IMG/VR virus record: IMGVR_UViG_3300037110_000087
Coordinates: 62,001-126,000 of that record
DNA length: 64,000 nucleotides
Strand: one strand, 5' to 3'
Shown here: in pieces, positions 10,300-19,121 of the stretch
Numbering within the stretch: position 1 is the stretch's first letter
Layout: every line of letters begins with the position of its first letter
Program-made: the position numbers and the translations under genes
The notes under the pieces: generated by a model
Told to the model about the DNA's origin: nothing
Database searches by the model: none
Seen by the model: only the letters and a program-made list of their open reading frames with translations

Positions 10300-10425
10300 A
10301 TGAGAACCAGAAAGAGAATGACCTCCGCAAGAGTTATTTTGATTGCCCTAGGCATACTATGGTGGGTCCTCTCTCTACCCTGGCGACTAGTTAAAAGGAT
10401 ACTTGATGAAATTAAGAATTGCTAA
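10300..10425 (+). CDS. Possible 41-aa single-pass membrane peptide
   Basis: MRTRKRMTSARVILIALGILWWVLSLPWRLVKRILDEIKNC, translated by hand; below the ORF-track cutoff. Confidence 0.3.
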   Translation: MRTRKRMTSARVILIALGILWWVLSLPWRLVKRILDEIKNC

Positions 10426-11437
10426 AATCAAAAGTACCAAGATGGCCTTTATCAGAACAAAAGCTATGGCTCAAGGAGACTTATTTAGAGCCGTTAATAC
10501 CGCTATTAAATACGGAGAAGATTATTCTGAATTGGCAAAGTTTGGTAAGAATGGTGGACAGTTCACAGAAGAAGAGAGAGCCTGCTTAATAGAAGAGATT
10601 CGCGCTCTTACTTCCACCAGGGAGAACATAGGAGAGCTTCAGAACCTACTCCGGGTGGTTGAAACTTCCCCGGCCATTAGTGACTTAGGAATGGTTGGTA
10701 AGGTGGAGAAGGAAGCCGGTAGAGAACTAAAGGTAAAAGATCGTAAGAATTTCCGCAGTAGAGATATGAAGAGAGTCTTCCTTGACATTGATGGAAAAAG
10801 TTACCCAGCTTACTCGGAAGATGCTAGCGGTAAATGGCTTACTCCGTATTTCACAAAAGAAGTAGCGGATCAAGTTGTACGCGACTGGAATACCATTGAT
10901 GAGGAAGGCGGTCATCTTGATTATGATGATGACTCCATTGAGGGTGCATACTATGATGAAGAAAATGGCATCCGGTTCGAAGGTGAAGAATGCTACGTGG
11001 ATGGTGAACTAACAATTCTGTTCCCTATAGGTGAGGGTGAATGGGGTTGGGATATTGATTCTGGTTACGAGCGTAGGGAAAGAAACCCTATTGACTATAA
11101 TAAAATAAAAAATATCAGTGGAGATAAGACCCTCGCTCCGGGTGGAAAGATTCCTGGAATCAAGACAGAAGACGAAGGAAGAGAACTTAGTCCAGAAGAG
11201 CTTGAAATTACTGATTCCGACAAGGATTTCTTGAGAGGCATGGGTATCAAGGGCAAGCGCATCCGGGTCGTGGCAGTTAATGATGTCAATGCAGTACCGG
11301 AAAAATTCAAGCCCAAAGAAACTAAGAAACAACCAGCTGAAGTTGTTGAAGGTCTGGGAATCACTACTAATGGGCCAGCTGCGACCACAGAAGATCTAAT
11401 GACTCCTGTCGAATCAGTAGCGAAGGTGAAGGAATAA
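10403..11437 (+). CDS. Multi-segment protein with weak leader (MKLRIA), acidic central domain and GIKG module; putative virion cargo
   Basis: Basic N-terminus ending RTKA; acidic 'WLTPYFTKEVA...LFPIGEGEWGW' domain; EITDSDKDFLRGMGIKGK module. Confidence 0.7.
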   Translation: MMKLRIAKIKSTKMAFIRTKAMAQGDLFRAVNTAIKYGEDYSELAKFGKNGGQFTEEERACLIEEIRALTSTRENIGELQNLLRVVETSPAISDLGMVGKVEKEAGRELKVKDRKNFRSRDMKRVFLDIDGKSYPAYSEDASGKWLTPYFTKEVADQVVRDWNTIDEEGGHLDYDDDSIEGAYYDEENGIRFEGEECYVDGELTILFPIGEGEWGWDIDSGYERRERNPIDYNKIKNISGDKTLAPGGKIPGIKTEDEGRELSPEELEITDSDKDFLRGMGIKGKRIRVVAVNDVNAVPEKFKPKETKKQPAEVVEGLGITTNGPAATTEDLMTPVESVAKVKE

Positions 11438-11438
11438 A

Positions 11439-12644
11439 ATGACGAAAGTTCAGTTCATCCTGAAATGCCGAAGCGGTGGTTATGGGTACGGCGAGTATGA
11501 ATACGACAGCTATGGCGACTATACAGAAGAATATGGCCAACCCTTTCTAGATGAATATGGTGGACCCTATGAGGATCCATATTCTACTTCATACAGTGAT
11601 GTGTATGGAGATTCCTATACCAACACCTACTCTGGATCCTTTAGTTCCGGATTAGCAAACTCTGCTGCTTTCATTGCTGCTGCTTTCAACGATGATCCCT
11701 CTAAAGGAATCCAAGCAGAGGTTTGTTTCGTCCCCGACAATAACTACATCGACAGGGAAGTAGCAAGGTTCCAGCCAGATGTTGTGATCATTGAAGCTTA
11801 TTGGGTCGTTCCTACCAAGTTCGCCGTTCTCACAGCTAAATATCCACGCATCAGGTGGGTGGTAAGGAATCATTCTGAGATACCCTTCATCGCTCAAGAA
11901 GGCGTTGCGATGGATTGGTCCCTGAAGTATCCTAGCTTTCCTAATGTCTATATAGCAAGCAACTCCACTAGATCTTTCAATGACCTCAGTGTTTTAATTA
12001 GCTCTGTCTACCCATCAGAGGCTACTAGAGTTGTCTATCTCCCAAATGTCTACCCAAATGTTACTGTCGGTACCAGAAGCACCAAGGTCGAGGACAACTC
12101 TCTAGATGTAGCCTGTTTCGGGGCTATTCGTCCTCTCAAGAATCATCTAATGCAAGCAGTGGCTTCAATTGCCTTTGCTCAGCAACTTGGCAAGACTTTG
12201 AGATTCCACGTGAACGACTTGGTTAGCGGACCTAATAGCAACGCTATTCTAAAGAACTTAACTTCCCTCTTCAGCCTTATTCCAAATGCTCAATTAGTCC
12301 AACACCCCTGGTATCCTCATGATCAATTTCTATCCGTGTTGAGATCAATGGATATTGGTCTGCAAGTCAGCTTCTCTGAGACTTTCAATGTCGTGAGTGC
12401 GGATATGGCCTACGTGGGTCTACCTATGGTAACTTCTTCGGAAGTCGTATGGGCATACTATCCAATCTGGGCCGATCCAACTGATTGCAAGAGTATTATA
12501 TCCACTATGACCAATATCTGGGCCAGTCGTGCGAACAAGAGAAGCACTGATGTTCTCCCCTTGACTCAGCAGGGCTTAAACAGCTACAGTTCTTCTTCCT
12601 TCAATCAGTGGTTCCTAGAAATAAACAATCTGGCTATGCCTTAA
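11439..12644 (+). CDS. Glycosyltransferase (GT-B/GT4-like) with Tyr-rich N-terminal insert
   Basis: CFGAIRPLKNH; MDIGLQVSFSETFNVVSAD (ExF motif). Confidence 0.8.
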   Translation: MTKVQFILKCRSGGYGYGEYEYDSYGDYTEEYGQPFLDEYGGPYEDPYSTSYSDVYGDSYTNTYSGSFSSGLANSAAFIAAAFNDDPSKGIQAEVCFVPDNNYIDREVARFQPDVVIIEAYWVVPTKFAVLTAKYPRIRWVVRNHSEIPFIAQEGVAMDWSLKYPSFPNVYIASNSTRSFNDLSVLISSVYPSEATRVVYLPNVYPNVTVGTRSTKVEDNSLDVACFGAIRPLKNHLMQAVASIAFAQQLGKTLRFHVNDLVSGPNSNAILKNLTSLFSLIPNAQLVQHPWYPHDQFLSVLRSMDIGLQVSFSETFNVVSADMAYVGLPMVTSSEVVWAYYPIWADPTDCKSIISTMTNIWASRANKRSTDVLPLTQQGLNSYSSSSFNQWFLEINNLAMP

Positions 12645-12987
12645 GGCATTTATCATAGAAGTCGTCTAATTTCTCGATTGACCTGGGCTGAATGATCTCA
12701 CGCATGCTTCTGAAATAGCTACAATCTTTGATCTTCTCGAATTCTGGCTTGCTACCGGCGAGGATTTCGGCCAGTTCCGACATACAAGCTTGCTGATCCT
12801 TATAGGCGAAGATAGAGTTAGCGAATTCAATATAGCGTTCTGGCTTATATCCGGACTTGTTGAGTTCTCTTAGTTTGCTCTTTATCGATAAATATGGATC
12901 ATTATCAACTAGGGATAGGGTTATCCAAAGCTTTACTTCATAATCCTCTTCGAATTCGTCAAACGTTGACTTCAACATCTTCCTCAA
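12634..12987 (-). CDS. Hypothetical protein
   Basis: ORF in the minus-strand operon. Confidence 0.55.
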   Translation of the reverse strand: MRKMLKSTFDEFEEDYEVKLWITLSLVDNDPYLSIKSKLRELNKSGYKPERYIEFANSIFAYKDQQACMSELAEILAGSKPEFEKIKDCSYFRSMREIIQPRSIEKLDDFYDKCLKA

Positions 12988-13312
12988 TCAATGACTGTTG
13001 GGTAAGTCGATTCTCGTAAAATTTTATCTCATTAAGCATCAGGCATCCATACTGAATTGAATACTCGATGGTCTTGGTGATGTCTAGTGAATATCCAAAG
13101 CCTACTCTCTTCAAGAATTCTGGATATTGGAATCCATTAATAGTGGTACCCCACAGGATGACACGAGCCAAGGTTCTGGTAGAAACCATGAATAGGTAAA
13201 GCTTCTCTGCTTCATTAAACGAGTATTTCTCGTTCTGCAGCATCATCAAGGTCCCGACTGCGTTCTCAACGATATTGCGGATCTTTTCGATCTCCTTAAT
13301 GTTTACGATCAC
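12959..13312 (-). CDS. Hypothetical protein
   Basis: Coupled ORF. Confidence 0.6.
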   Translation of the reverse strand: MIVNIKEIEKIRNIVENAVGTLMMLQNEKYSFNEAEKLYLFMVSTRTLARVILWGTTINGFQYPEFLKRVGFGYSLDITKTIEYSIQYGCLMLNEIKFYENRLTQQSLIEEDVEVNV

Positions 13313-14067
13313 AGCGTATCTCCGCTAGCAGTAGGCCAATTCAATAAGTTTAACTTTTCCTTCTCTTCCCCTGCCATCCCCCGCAAGTATAAATCCTGGG
13401 AACCACAGAAACAAGTATCAGTGAATTCACACTTCCATTGATCTCTATGGTTGCAGATCCCATGCTTCCTAGTCCCGTTCATCAATTCAATGCAGAGTTC
13501 AGCTACCTTTTCATCAACTGCATAATAATCGGACATTTTTGAGTATTTTGGGGTACCCCGATCTATATAAATGACTGCGAACCAACTAATTGGAAGATAT
13601 TGGCTAATCGCATAAGTAGTCAGGTTAGCTTGCAACCAATGTTCTCTGCGGGGCCGATCGTCTGGAATCCAACCGGTGCTCTTGAATTCCAATAGAACCC
13701 AAACGCCATTAACTTGGATCACCATGTCTGGCTTGCAATGTCGGTTGTGATTGGGGATAGGGACCTTGGCCTCAGTATATTTTAGATGATGAATATGTTC
13801 TGGTCTGGTTTGCATTCCTGCTTCTTGATTGCATTCAGCGCAGACCCAATTACCCCAGCAGGTGAATTTTGAGGCAAAGCGTTCCTGAATAACTGCATGG
13901 ATGGTGTTACCTGATTCTTTGAAGATCTCATTAACTACTGTCTCCACCTCAGTCTTTTGAGATAGGAAGATTTTCTTGATAGGGCAGAAAGGGAGTCCAC
14001 TTGGAACTGGTTCATAATATTTGAGGCGTTCAATCTTACCAAGTATATCCCAATCAAACGACTGCAT
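13309..14067 (-). CDS. Cas4-like PD-(D/E)xK exonuclease
   Basis: N-terminal CPIK, GNTIH, KPD...LEFKST, Q...Y, and C-terminal C-x5-KC-x4-C cluster. Confidence 0.75.
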   Translation of the reverse strand: MQSFDWDILGKIERLKYYEPVPSGLPFCPIKKIFLSQKTEVETVVNEIFKESGNTIHAVIQERFASKFTCWGNWVCAECNQEAGMQTRPEHIHHLKYTEAKVPIPNHNRHCKPDMVIQVNGVWVLLEFKSTGWIPDDRPRREHWLQANLTTYAISQYLPISWFAVIYIDRGTPKYSKMSDYYAVDEKVAELCIELMNGTRKHGICNHRDQWKCEFTDTCFCGSQDLYLRGMAGEEKEKLNLLNWPTASGDTL

Positions 14068-14085
14068 TGTGCTCCCTACTTCAAG

Positions 14086-14355
14086 TTATTCATTTAACCT
14101 TCTACCAGCTTGGATCCTCATATTGTTGAAGATGTCCTCGTGGCTTCTTTTGTGCTTTTTAGATAGGACGTAATCCATAACCATAGTGTGATTTTCATCT
14201 ATTTTGAAGGCTGACACATACAAATATTGATCATACCCAAGCTTCAGGAACTTGTCGATCACGTTCTCAGGGACAATTGCTTCCTTCGGCCAATAGTCGA
14301 CGTTCACTTCGGAATTAGATCCGCAAATTTGGAAGAGCGGGATTACTTCTTGCAT
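14086..14355 (-). CDS. Hypothetical protein
   Basis: 89-aa ORF in the operon. Confidence 0.55.
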   Translation of the reverse strand: MQEVIPLFQICGSNSEVNVDYWPKEAIVPENVIDKFLKLGYDQYLYVSAFKIDENHTMVMDYVLSKKHKRSHEDIFNNMRIQAGRRLNE

Positions 14356-15023
14356 AGCAGCTTCCCAATTTCTTCTTTCAGAGGAACCATCTTATCCTCT
14401 GAGTCGTACCAGATCACTGAAAAGTTGCCGGAACACTTGGAAATTGGAAATTCTGCATCGCAACAAAGAGCATCCCATAATTTCCCGGAGTTCTCTGCTT
14501 TTATTAATAGACTTTTGGTGTCCTCATCGGCCACATCATAGAGGTCTTTCTTGATCGTCTTCAAGATACCATTGACTTTAATCAGCCCAGCTTTGGTAGC
14601 TGGATCAGTCTGATCGTCAAAGATACCTGCAGCGACATATTCCCAGCCTTCTAGTTCCTTGGGCTTGGGCAATTCCATCGGCTCTTCCTTTTCCTCCTTG
14701 GCCTTTTTCTTGATCGGAGTATTGGTCTTAGCCAGTAAAGTCAGGAGAGAAGTACGAGCCTGCTTAGCTTCTGCACCATATGAAGCGTCGAACTCCATAG
14801 AGGCCAGAAGACGTACCACAGACGCAATCTTGGTGGGAGAATCATCTACCCGCTCGAAATATTTGTAATTTGTGTCTTCGATCCTCAGACCATAGATACA
14901 ATCTTCACCCTCTGCCAGGGGAACCCAGCGCTCAATATCACCATCAATCTTGGACTCGACAATTGCGGAGGTCCCTTCTTTTCTTTTGAGGACATAAAGA
15001 GATTCATTTATATTGTCAATCAT
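14343..15023 (-). CDS. Hypothetical protein
   Basis: 226-aa ORF with SD GAGGGTG. Confidence 0.65.
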   Translation of the reverse strand: MIDNINESLYVLKRKEGTSAIVESKIDGDIERWVPLAEGEDCIYGLRIEDTNYKYFERVDDSPTKIASVVRLLASMEFDASYGAEAKQARTSLLTLLAKTNTPIKKKAKEEKEEPMELPKPKELEGWEYVAAGIFDDQTDPATKAGLIKVNGILKTIKKDLYDVADEDTKSLLIKAENSGKLWDALCCDAEFPISKCSGNFSVIWYDSEDKMVPLKEEIGKLLCKK

Positions 15024-15058
15024 GCAATCACCCTCTAGTTTATTGTATCATTAATTTT

Positions 15059-15403
15059 CTACGACAATCCTATCAAATTGTCTGCCATTACCTCCTTCAG
15101 GTCGATGTTCAAAGATTCGAATAAACTACGAGGCAGTTCCTCCTTACACCAACGGAAATCATACTTATCTATCTCAGGTATGAAAAACTTGACCTCTAGC
15201 TTGATAATAGAACCATACCGATACTGACATGGTAGTTCCTGATAATTGAGGATTTCGTAAGGATAGTCATCCTTCATGGTAGATTTAAGAAGTCCAGTAT
15301 TGCTTGAGGTTGATCCTTTGATTTTAGGCGACCAAAATATAAATACTCTCCCCAAGGCATATGAAACTGCATTGTCATGGTTACCATTACCCCTGGAAGG
15401 CAA
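15059..15403 (-). CDS. Hypothetical protein (start uncertain)
   Basis: ORF downstream of the primase. Confidence 0.45.
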   Translation of the reverse strand: MPSRGNGNHDNAVSYALGRVFIFWSPKIKGSTSSNTGLLKSTMKDDYPYEILNYQELPCQYRYGSIIKLEVKFFIPEIDKYDFRWCKEELPRSLFESLNIDLKEVMADNLIGLS

Positions 15404-15439
15404 TTACTTTCTTGGGTCTGAAACTCAGTAATCTGACAA

Positions 15440-16369
15440 TCATCCTTCACAGGGAACCTCCTCGATTACAGGAGTTGGGTTTAGCTTCTCCTGATGCTGG
15501 GTCCAAACATGGACCTTGATTGATTCAATTAGTTCAGGTGCCAGATCGAATGGATCGTTGTCCTTTGGAAGAGTGATAACTTGAGTGTCAAAGAAATTTT
15601 TCAGTTTGTTGTAGTATTTACGCTGGGCATCCTGGCCTGGGTCATCACCATCCATGCAAAGAAAAATCATCGAAGGGCTTTTCTCGAGCAATAACGATAA
15701 CTTCTTATCAGACCAACTTTCTACTCCAAAGATCGCCATTGCCGGGATACCATTCATGTGGAACCGGATCGCATCCAATGGCCCCTCGACCAGGACAATC
15801 GGACACTGAGGGTGACAGTAATCATAAAGGTATAAGAACTGAGCAAAGTCCGCGCCCTTATAGTTGTTATAGCGCATAAACTCGTCGGTGTCGGTCCGGC
15901 GTCCAACGTAGGCCATCATAATCCCTTTGATATAAACCGGGAGTAAGATACGAACAGCACTTAGCTGCTCCTCCATGACATTATTCTCGTTGGCCTTCAC
16001 CTGGGTGTCATACCACCTAAGAGCCTTGAAATATCTCCACCATTCTTCAGGGACACCTCGATAGGCTCCGGACCATTGCTCCAATCTGAGCGTGGACAGA
16101 TCAGGAAGGTTAGCAGATCTGAACTTATTGGGATCTGGCTTAAAGAGATTGTTGATTTCCATCCCGAAATCAACAGCAATTTTATCCAACGTCCCAACAA
16201 ATCCGCACGACTTACATTTAAAAGGATGAGGCGGTTGGGTACTAATAACACAGGAAGGGTTCTTGTCAGGATGGGCAGGGTTGGGACACTGGGCAAGCCA
16301 ATATTTGCCCATAAACTTGATCGACTTGCCCAATTTTTCAAACAGTGCTTTTACTTGTCCTTCATTCAT
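15440..16369 (-). CDS. dnaG: DnaG-like DNA primase (Zn-binding + TOPRIM)
   Basis: CPNPAHPDKNPS...FKCKSCG; VLVEGPLDA; CMDGDDPG; NDPFDL. Confidence 0.85.
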   Translation of the reverse strand: MNEGQVKALFEKLGKSIKFMGKYWLAQCPNPAHPDKNPSCVISTQPPHPFKCKSCGFVGTLDKIAVDFGMEINNLFKPDPNKFRSANLPDLSTLRLEQWSGAYRGVPEEWWRYFKALRWYDTQVKANENNVMEEQLSAVRILLPVYIKGIMMAYVGRRTDTDEFMRYNNYKGADFAQFLYLYDYCHPQCPIVLVEGPLDAIRFHMNGIPAMAIFGVESWSDKKLSLLLEKSPSMIFLCMDGDDPGQDAQRKYYNKLKNFFDTQVITLPKDNDPFDLAPELIESIKVHVWTQHQEKLNPTPVIEEVPCEG

Positions 16370-16421
16370 CGAGTACTCCGCGTAGATAACACCCGGTCAC
16401 CTAATAGTAAAAGTTAAACAG

Positions 16422-17048
16422 TTGGAGGTAAACATGGATTTAATGGCTGCTAATTCTTTGATCATTATAGAGTTCTCTCATAATGGGACGTTATTGGCTC
16501 TTCACGATATTTTCACCGACTCTAACCGACTCGATATTAGAGGGTTGATACAGTCAGGGATTGAGTTCGTATTCGCTCAGACGAATTCTACCCTCACCAT
16601 CAACAAGTTATCATCGGGCTATCAGGTATTAATTGAAAGTTGCGTAGACAAGGTGAATAGTTCCCTTACCTGCAAATGCTTTGATACTTTTGGCTGGTCG
16701 ATGTTGGATCGATCTAATTTCATTCAGGAAAACATCAGTGGTCGAGAAATTGAATCCACCAAACTGGCCATGGATATCTTCCCTCAAATTCTCGAAGAAG
16801 GGGAATTGTTAGAAGATGGTTCAAAGATCAAAGGGTACACGAAGAGAGAAAAAGGGGATGAAGGGGATGGAGTCTGGGAAGATATTCTACCCTGCTCATT
16901 AACTGAGTTACTTATGAGCCGAGCCTCAAGACTCACTGAGTCCGAGACTCTGGTGTTCAAGATTCCCACCTACCCGATGTTTGAGATCCAGAACATCCCT
17001 AACATGACTTTCACTCAGCACTGGTTGATTAAGGGAAAGAGGTCATAA
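16422..17048 (+). CDS. Hypothetical protein (probable ATG at 16434)
   Basis: SD GGAGGT; divergent from the primase. Confidence 0.6.
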   Translation: MEVNMDLMAANSLIIIEFSHNGTLLALHDIFTDSNRLDIRGLIQSGIEFVFAQTNSTLTINKLSSGYQVLIESCVDKVNSSLTCKCFDTFGWSMLDRSNFIQENISGREIESTKLAMDIFPQILEEGELLEDGSKIKGYTKREKGDEGDGVWEDILPCSLTELLMSRASRLTESETLVFKIPTYPMFEIQNIPNMTFTQHWLIKGKRS

Positions 17049-17954
17049 ATGATAAGTGCTCTACTTGCTATCCTTGGTGAACATGGCTACCTTCCAGATA
17101 GCTATGATGAAGAATCTATCTGGATCAAGCTGGAACAATTCATCGTCGATGCAGTAGAGCACGATCTATCTGGGCCGTTGAACCGAATTAATAGTTTACT
17201 TGGGATTGATGGCATTAGTTTATCTGATAATTTGTCAGAAGATATTGGGCCAGGGTGTCCCTACCTGGGTGTTAACTTACAGACGAAATGTGGTCTGAGA
17301 AGCTGCCCTAATTGGCAGAAAAATCATGAATGGAACTGTAAGTTCTTAGGCAATGATCTGACACTTAGAGATGATGATATCAGCCAGATTTTAGGAAAAG
17401 TCGGCAAGGGAAGCAGCGCTGAGATCTTAGAAGAACAATTCCCACCCTCCCATGAATATTTCAGGGACCTGGGTTGCTGTGTCCTTTGTGGAGAACCTGA
17501 GGCCAAATTGGTCACTCCCAATCATAGGGTCTGTGACAATTGCCTTACTACTACTTCTGGTGGGATCAATCGGATATTTATAGAACTGAAATTTGGAAAA
17601 CCAGCCAGAGCAGTCCTAGAATATATCATTGCTAGATGGCACTCAACCCCAGAGCAGTCTAGAATCCTTGGTATTTCAACTGAAGAGTTGAACGTGTTGT
17701 ACAAGATGTACTCACTCAACCCGACTAAATATCTAACCAAGGATGAGAAACGATTTGTGAATCCCTTCGTCAATAGCAAGAAGACAGCTAAGAACACCGT
17801 TGATGAATACCTGCAACGGGTCTGGTTTAGATATATTGGATTCCGCAGAATTCAGAGCGTGAGAGAAGAAGTCCTGAAGCTGGGTGAAAATCTCATGATT
17901 GAAGCAAATAGCTTCCTAATCTCCAGGAAACTAGAGGGATTCAAGCAGCTTTAA
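17049..17954 (+). CDS. Cys-rich (Zn-binding) hypothetical protein
   Basis: CPY..KC..RSC...WNC and CCVLC...VCDNC clusters; basic C-terminal region. Confidence 0.65.
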   Translation: MISALLAILGEHGYLPDSYDEESIWIKLEQFIVDAVEHDLSGPLNRINSLLGIDGISLSDNLSEDIGPGCPYLGVNLQTKCGLRSCPNWQKNHEWNCKFLGNDLTLRDDDISQILGKVGKGSSAEILEEQFPPSHEYFRDLGCCVLCGEPEAKLVTPNHRVCDNCLTTTSGGINRIFIELKFGKPARAVLEYIIARWHSTPEQSRILGISTEELNVLYKMYSLNPTKYLTKDEKRFVNPFVNSKKTAKNTVDEYLQRVWFRYIGFRRIQSVREEVLKLGENLMIEANSFLISRKLEGFKQL

Positions 17955-18167
17955 TTTTTCGTTGCATGCGTCGATGATGAATTTCGCCCGAGTGATATCC
18001 ATCATTCCGGGAGCACAGTGATTGAGGGCCAAGGTGCATCCTCCTGGCATCACCACATAACAGGGATCGTGTTCCCCTGGTTCATCGTAGAAAGAGAAGG
18101 GGATATCTGGCCAACCGCAGATTTCCAATATTTCTTTTTTAGTCATGGCAGGAAGTTGAGACATCAC
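17931..18167 (-). CDS. Small hypothetical protein
   Basis: ORF coupled to the upstream gene. Confidence 0.6.
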   Translation of the reverse strand: MMSQLPAMTKKEILEICGWPDIPFSFYDEPGEHDPCYVVMPGGCTLALNHCAPGMMDITRAKFIIDACNEKLKLLESL

Positions 18168-18431
18168 TTATACCTTACGGAGTTCCTGAACAGTAACATT
18201 CAGGAGGGAACGAGCTGAGGGATACATCTCAGGAGGCACACAATGATCGATGATCAACAGGCAAGCCTTCTCCCATGCCTTATCCCTCTTATTGAGATCA
18301 GCACAGCGACAGGAATGCCATCCTCCAAGAAGATCACATTCTTTCCGGTGTTCAGCCAACCTAGAATTAGGCCCCTCGCATCCAGGTTTGCCACAGTAGG
18401 GAGTCTTGACTCTAGAATTACAGAGGCACAT
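18168..18431 (-). CDS. Small Cys-rich hypothetical protein
   Basis: CLC..VKTPYCGKPGC motif. Confidence 0.55.
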   Translation of the reverse strand: MCLCNSRVKTPYCGKPGCEGPNSRLAEHRKECDLLGGWHSCRCADLNKRDKAWEKACLLIIDHCVPPEMYPSARSLLNVTVQELRKV

Positions 18432-18500
18432 GGGTGCTCCAAATCTTGAATTTCGCTCTTGGGGAATTTCTTCTACCTATCTAACCTGGGATTATTTTAA

Positions 18501-18740
18501 TCAATTGACTGTACAGATAAGAGTACCGGAGATATAAACTGATTTCCCTGTAGCTTTATCCACGAAATTCATACCCTTACCATCCCCATCTGGGGTATCC
18601 TCTGAATCCCATTCTTTGACGGGTCCTGTACCTGAATAAAGCTGAATATGCCAGGAACACTTCTCTTGAGTAGTCTGTTGTTGGGTCTGCTGAGTATGTT
18701 GGTGTTGATCTTGAACCTTAAGAGGGGGGGCCTTTCTCAC
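18501..18740 (-). CDS. Small hypothetical protein with Gln-rich stretch
   Basis: WHIQLYSG...FVDKATGKSVYISG motif. Confidence 0.55.
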   Translation of the reverse strand: MRKAPPLKVQDQHQHTQQTQQQTTQEKCSWHIQLYSGTGPVKEWDSEDTPDGDGKGMNFVDKATGKSVYISGTLICTVN

Positions 18741-18782
18741 AACCCATAAGGAGAATAATAGTAGGAATAAGCAAGAATTTAT

Positions 18783-19088
18783 TCATTTTGGCTCCATTTT
18801 CCATTGGATTTGCCACCATGACCCATCTCGCTGGTCATCCTTCCACTCGATCTTGAATAGAGCAGCGGCCCAACCTGCCTTCAGGTATTTCTGCGTGAGA
18901 TCGTTCTCGATTTTGGCCAAATAATCACGATCATACCGGAGGTGAGGTTCCCTTGGACCGAGCACAATAGGATCAAGGCCCAAACAACCAGCTGAACCAA
19001 GTTCAACCAAACCTGTATCGATTACACTCTCAGTTTTGTTAACAGTATTCTCAAATTCTATTTTGAGGAAATTGGGACCGATAGCCAT
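18783..19088 (-). CDS. Hypothetical protein
   Basis: SD AGGAG. Confidence 0.6.
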   Translation of the reverse strand: MAIGPNFLKIEFENTVNKTESVIDTGLVELGSAGCLGLDPIVLGPREPHLRYDRDYLAKIENDLTQKYLKAGWAAALFKIEWKDDQRDGSWWQIQWKMEPK

Positions 19089-19121
19089 AGGAATTCTCCT
19101 TCTGGCTTAACAATTGTCAGT

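Noticed and set aside
11439-11470. MTKVQFILK as another copy of the cargo leader
   Set aside because: It lacks the conserved Ala and is plausibly the first beta-strand of the glycosyltransferase fold.
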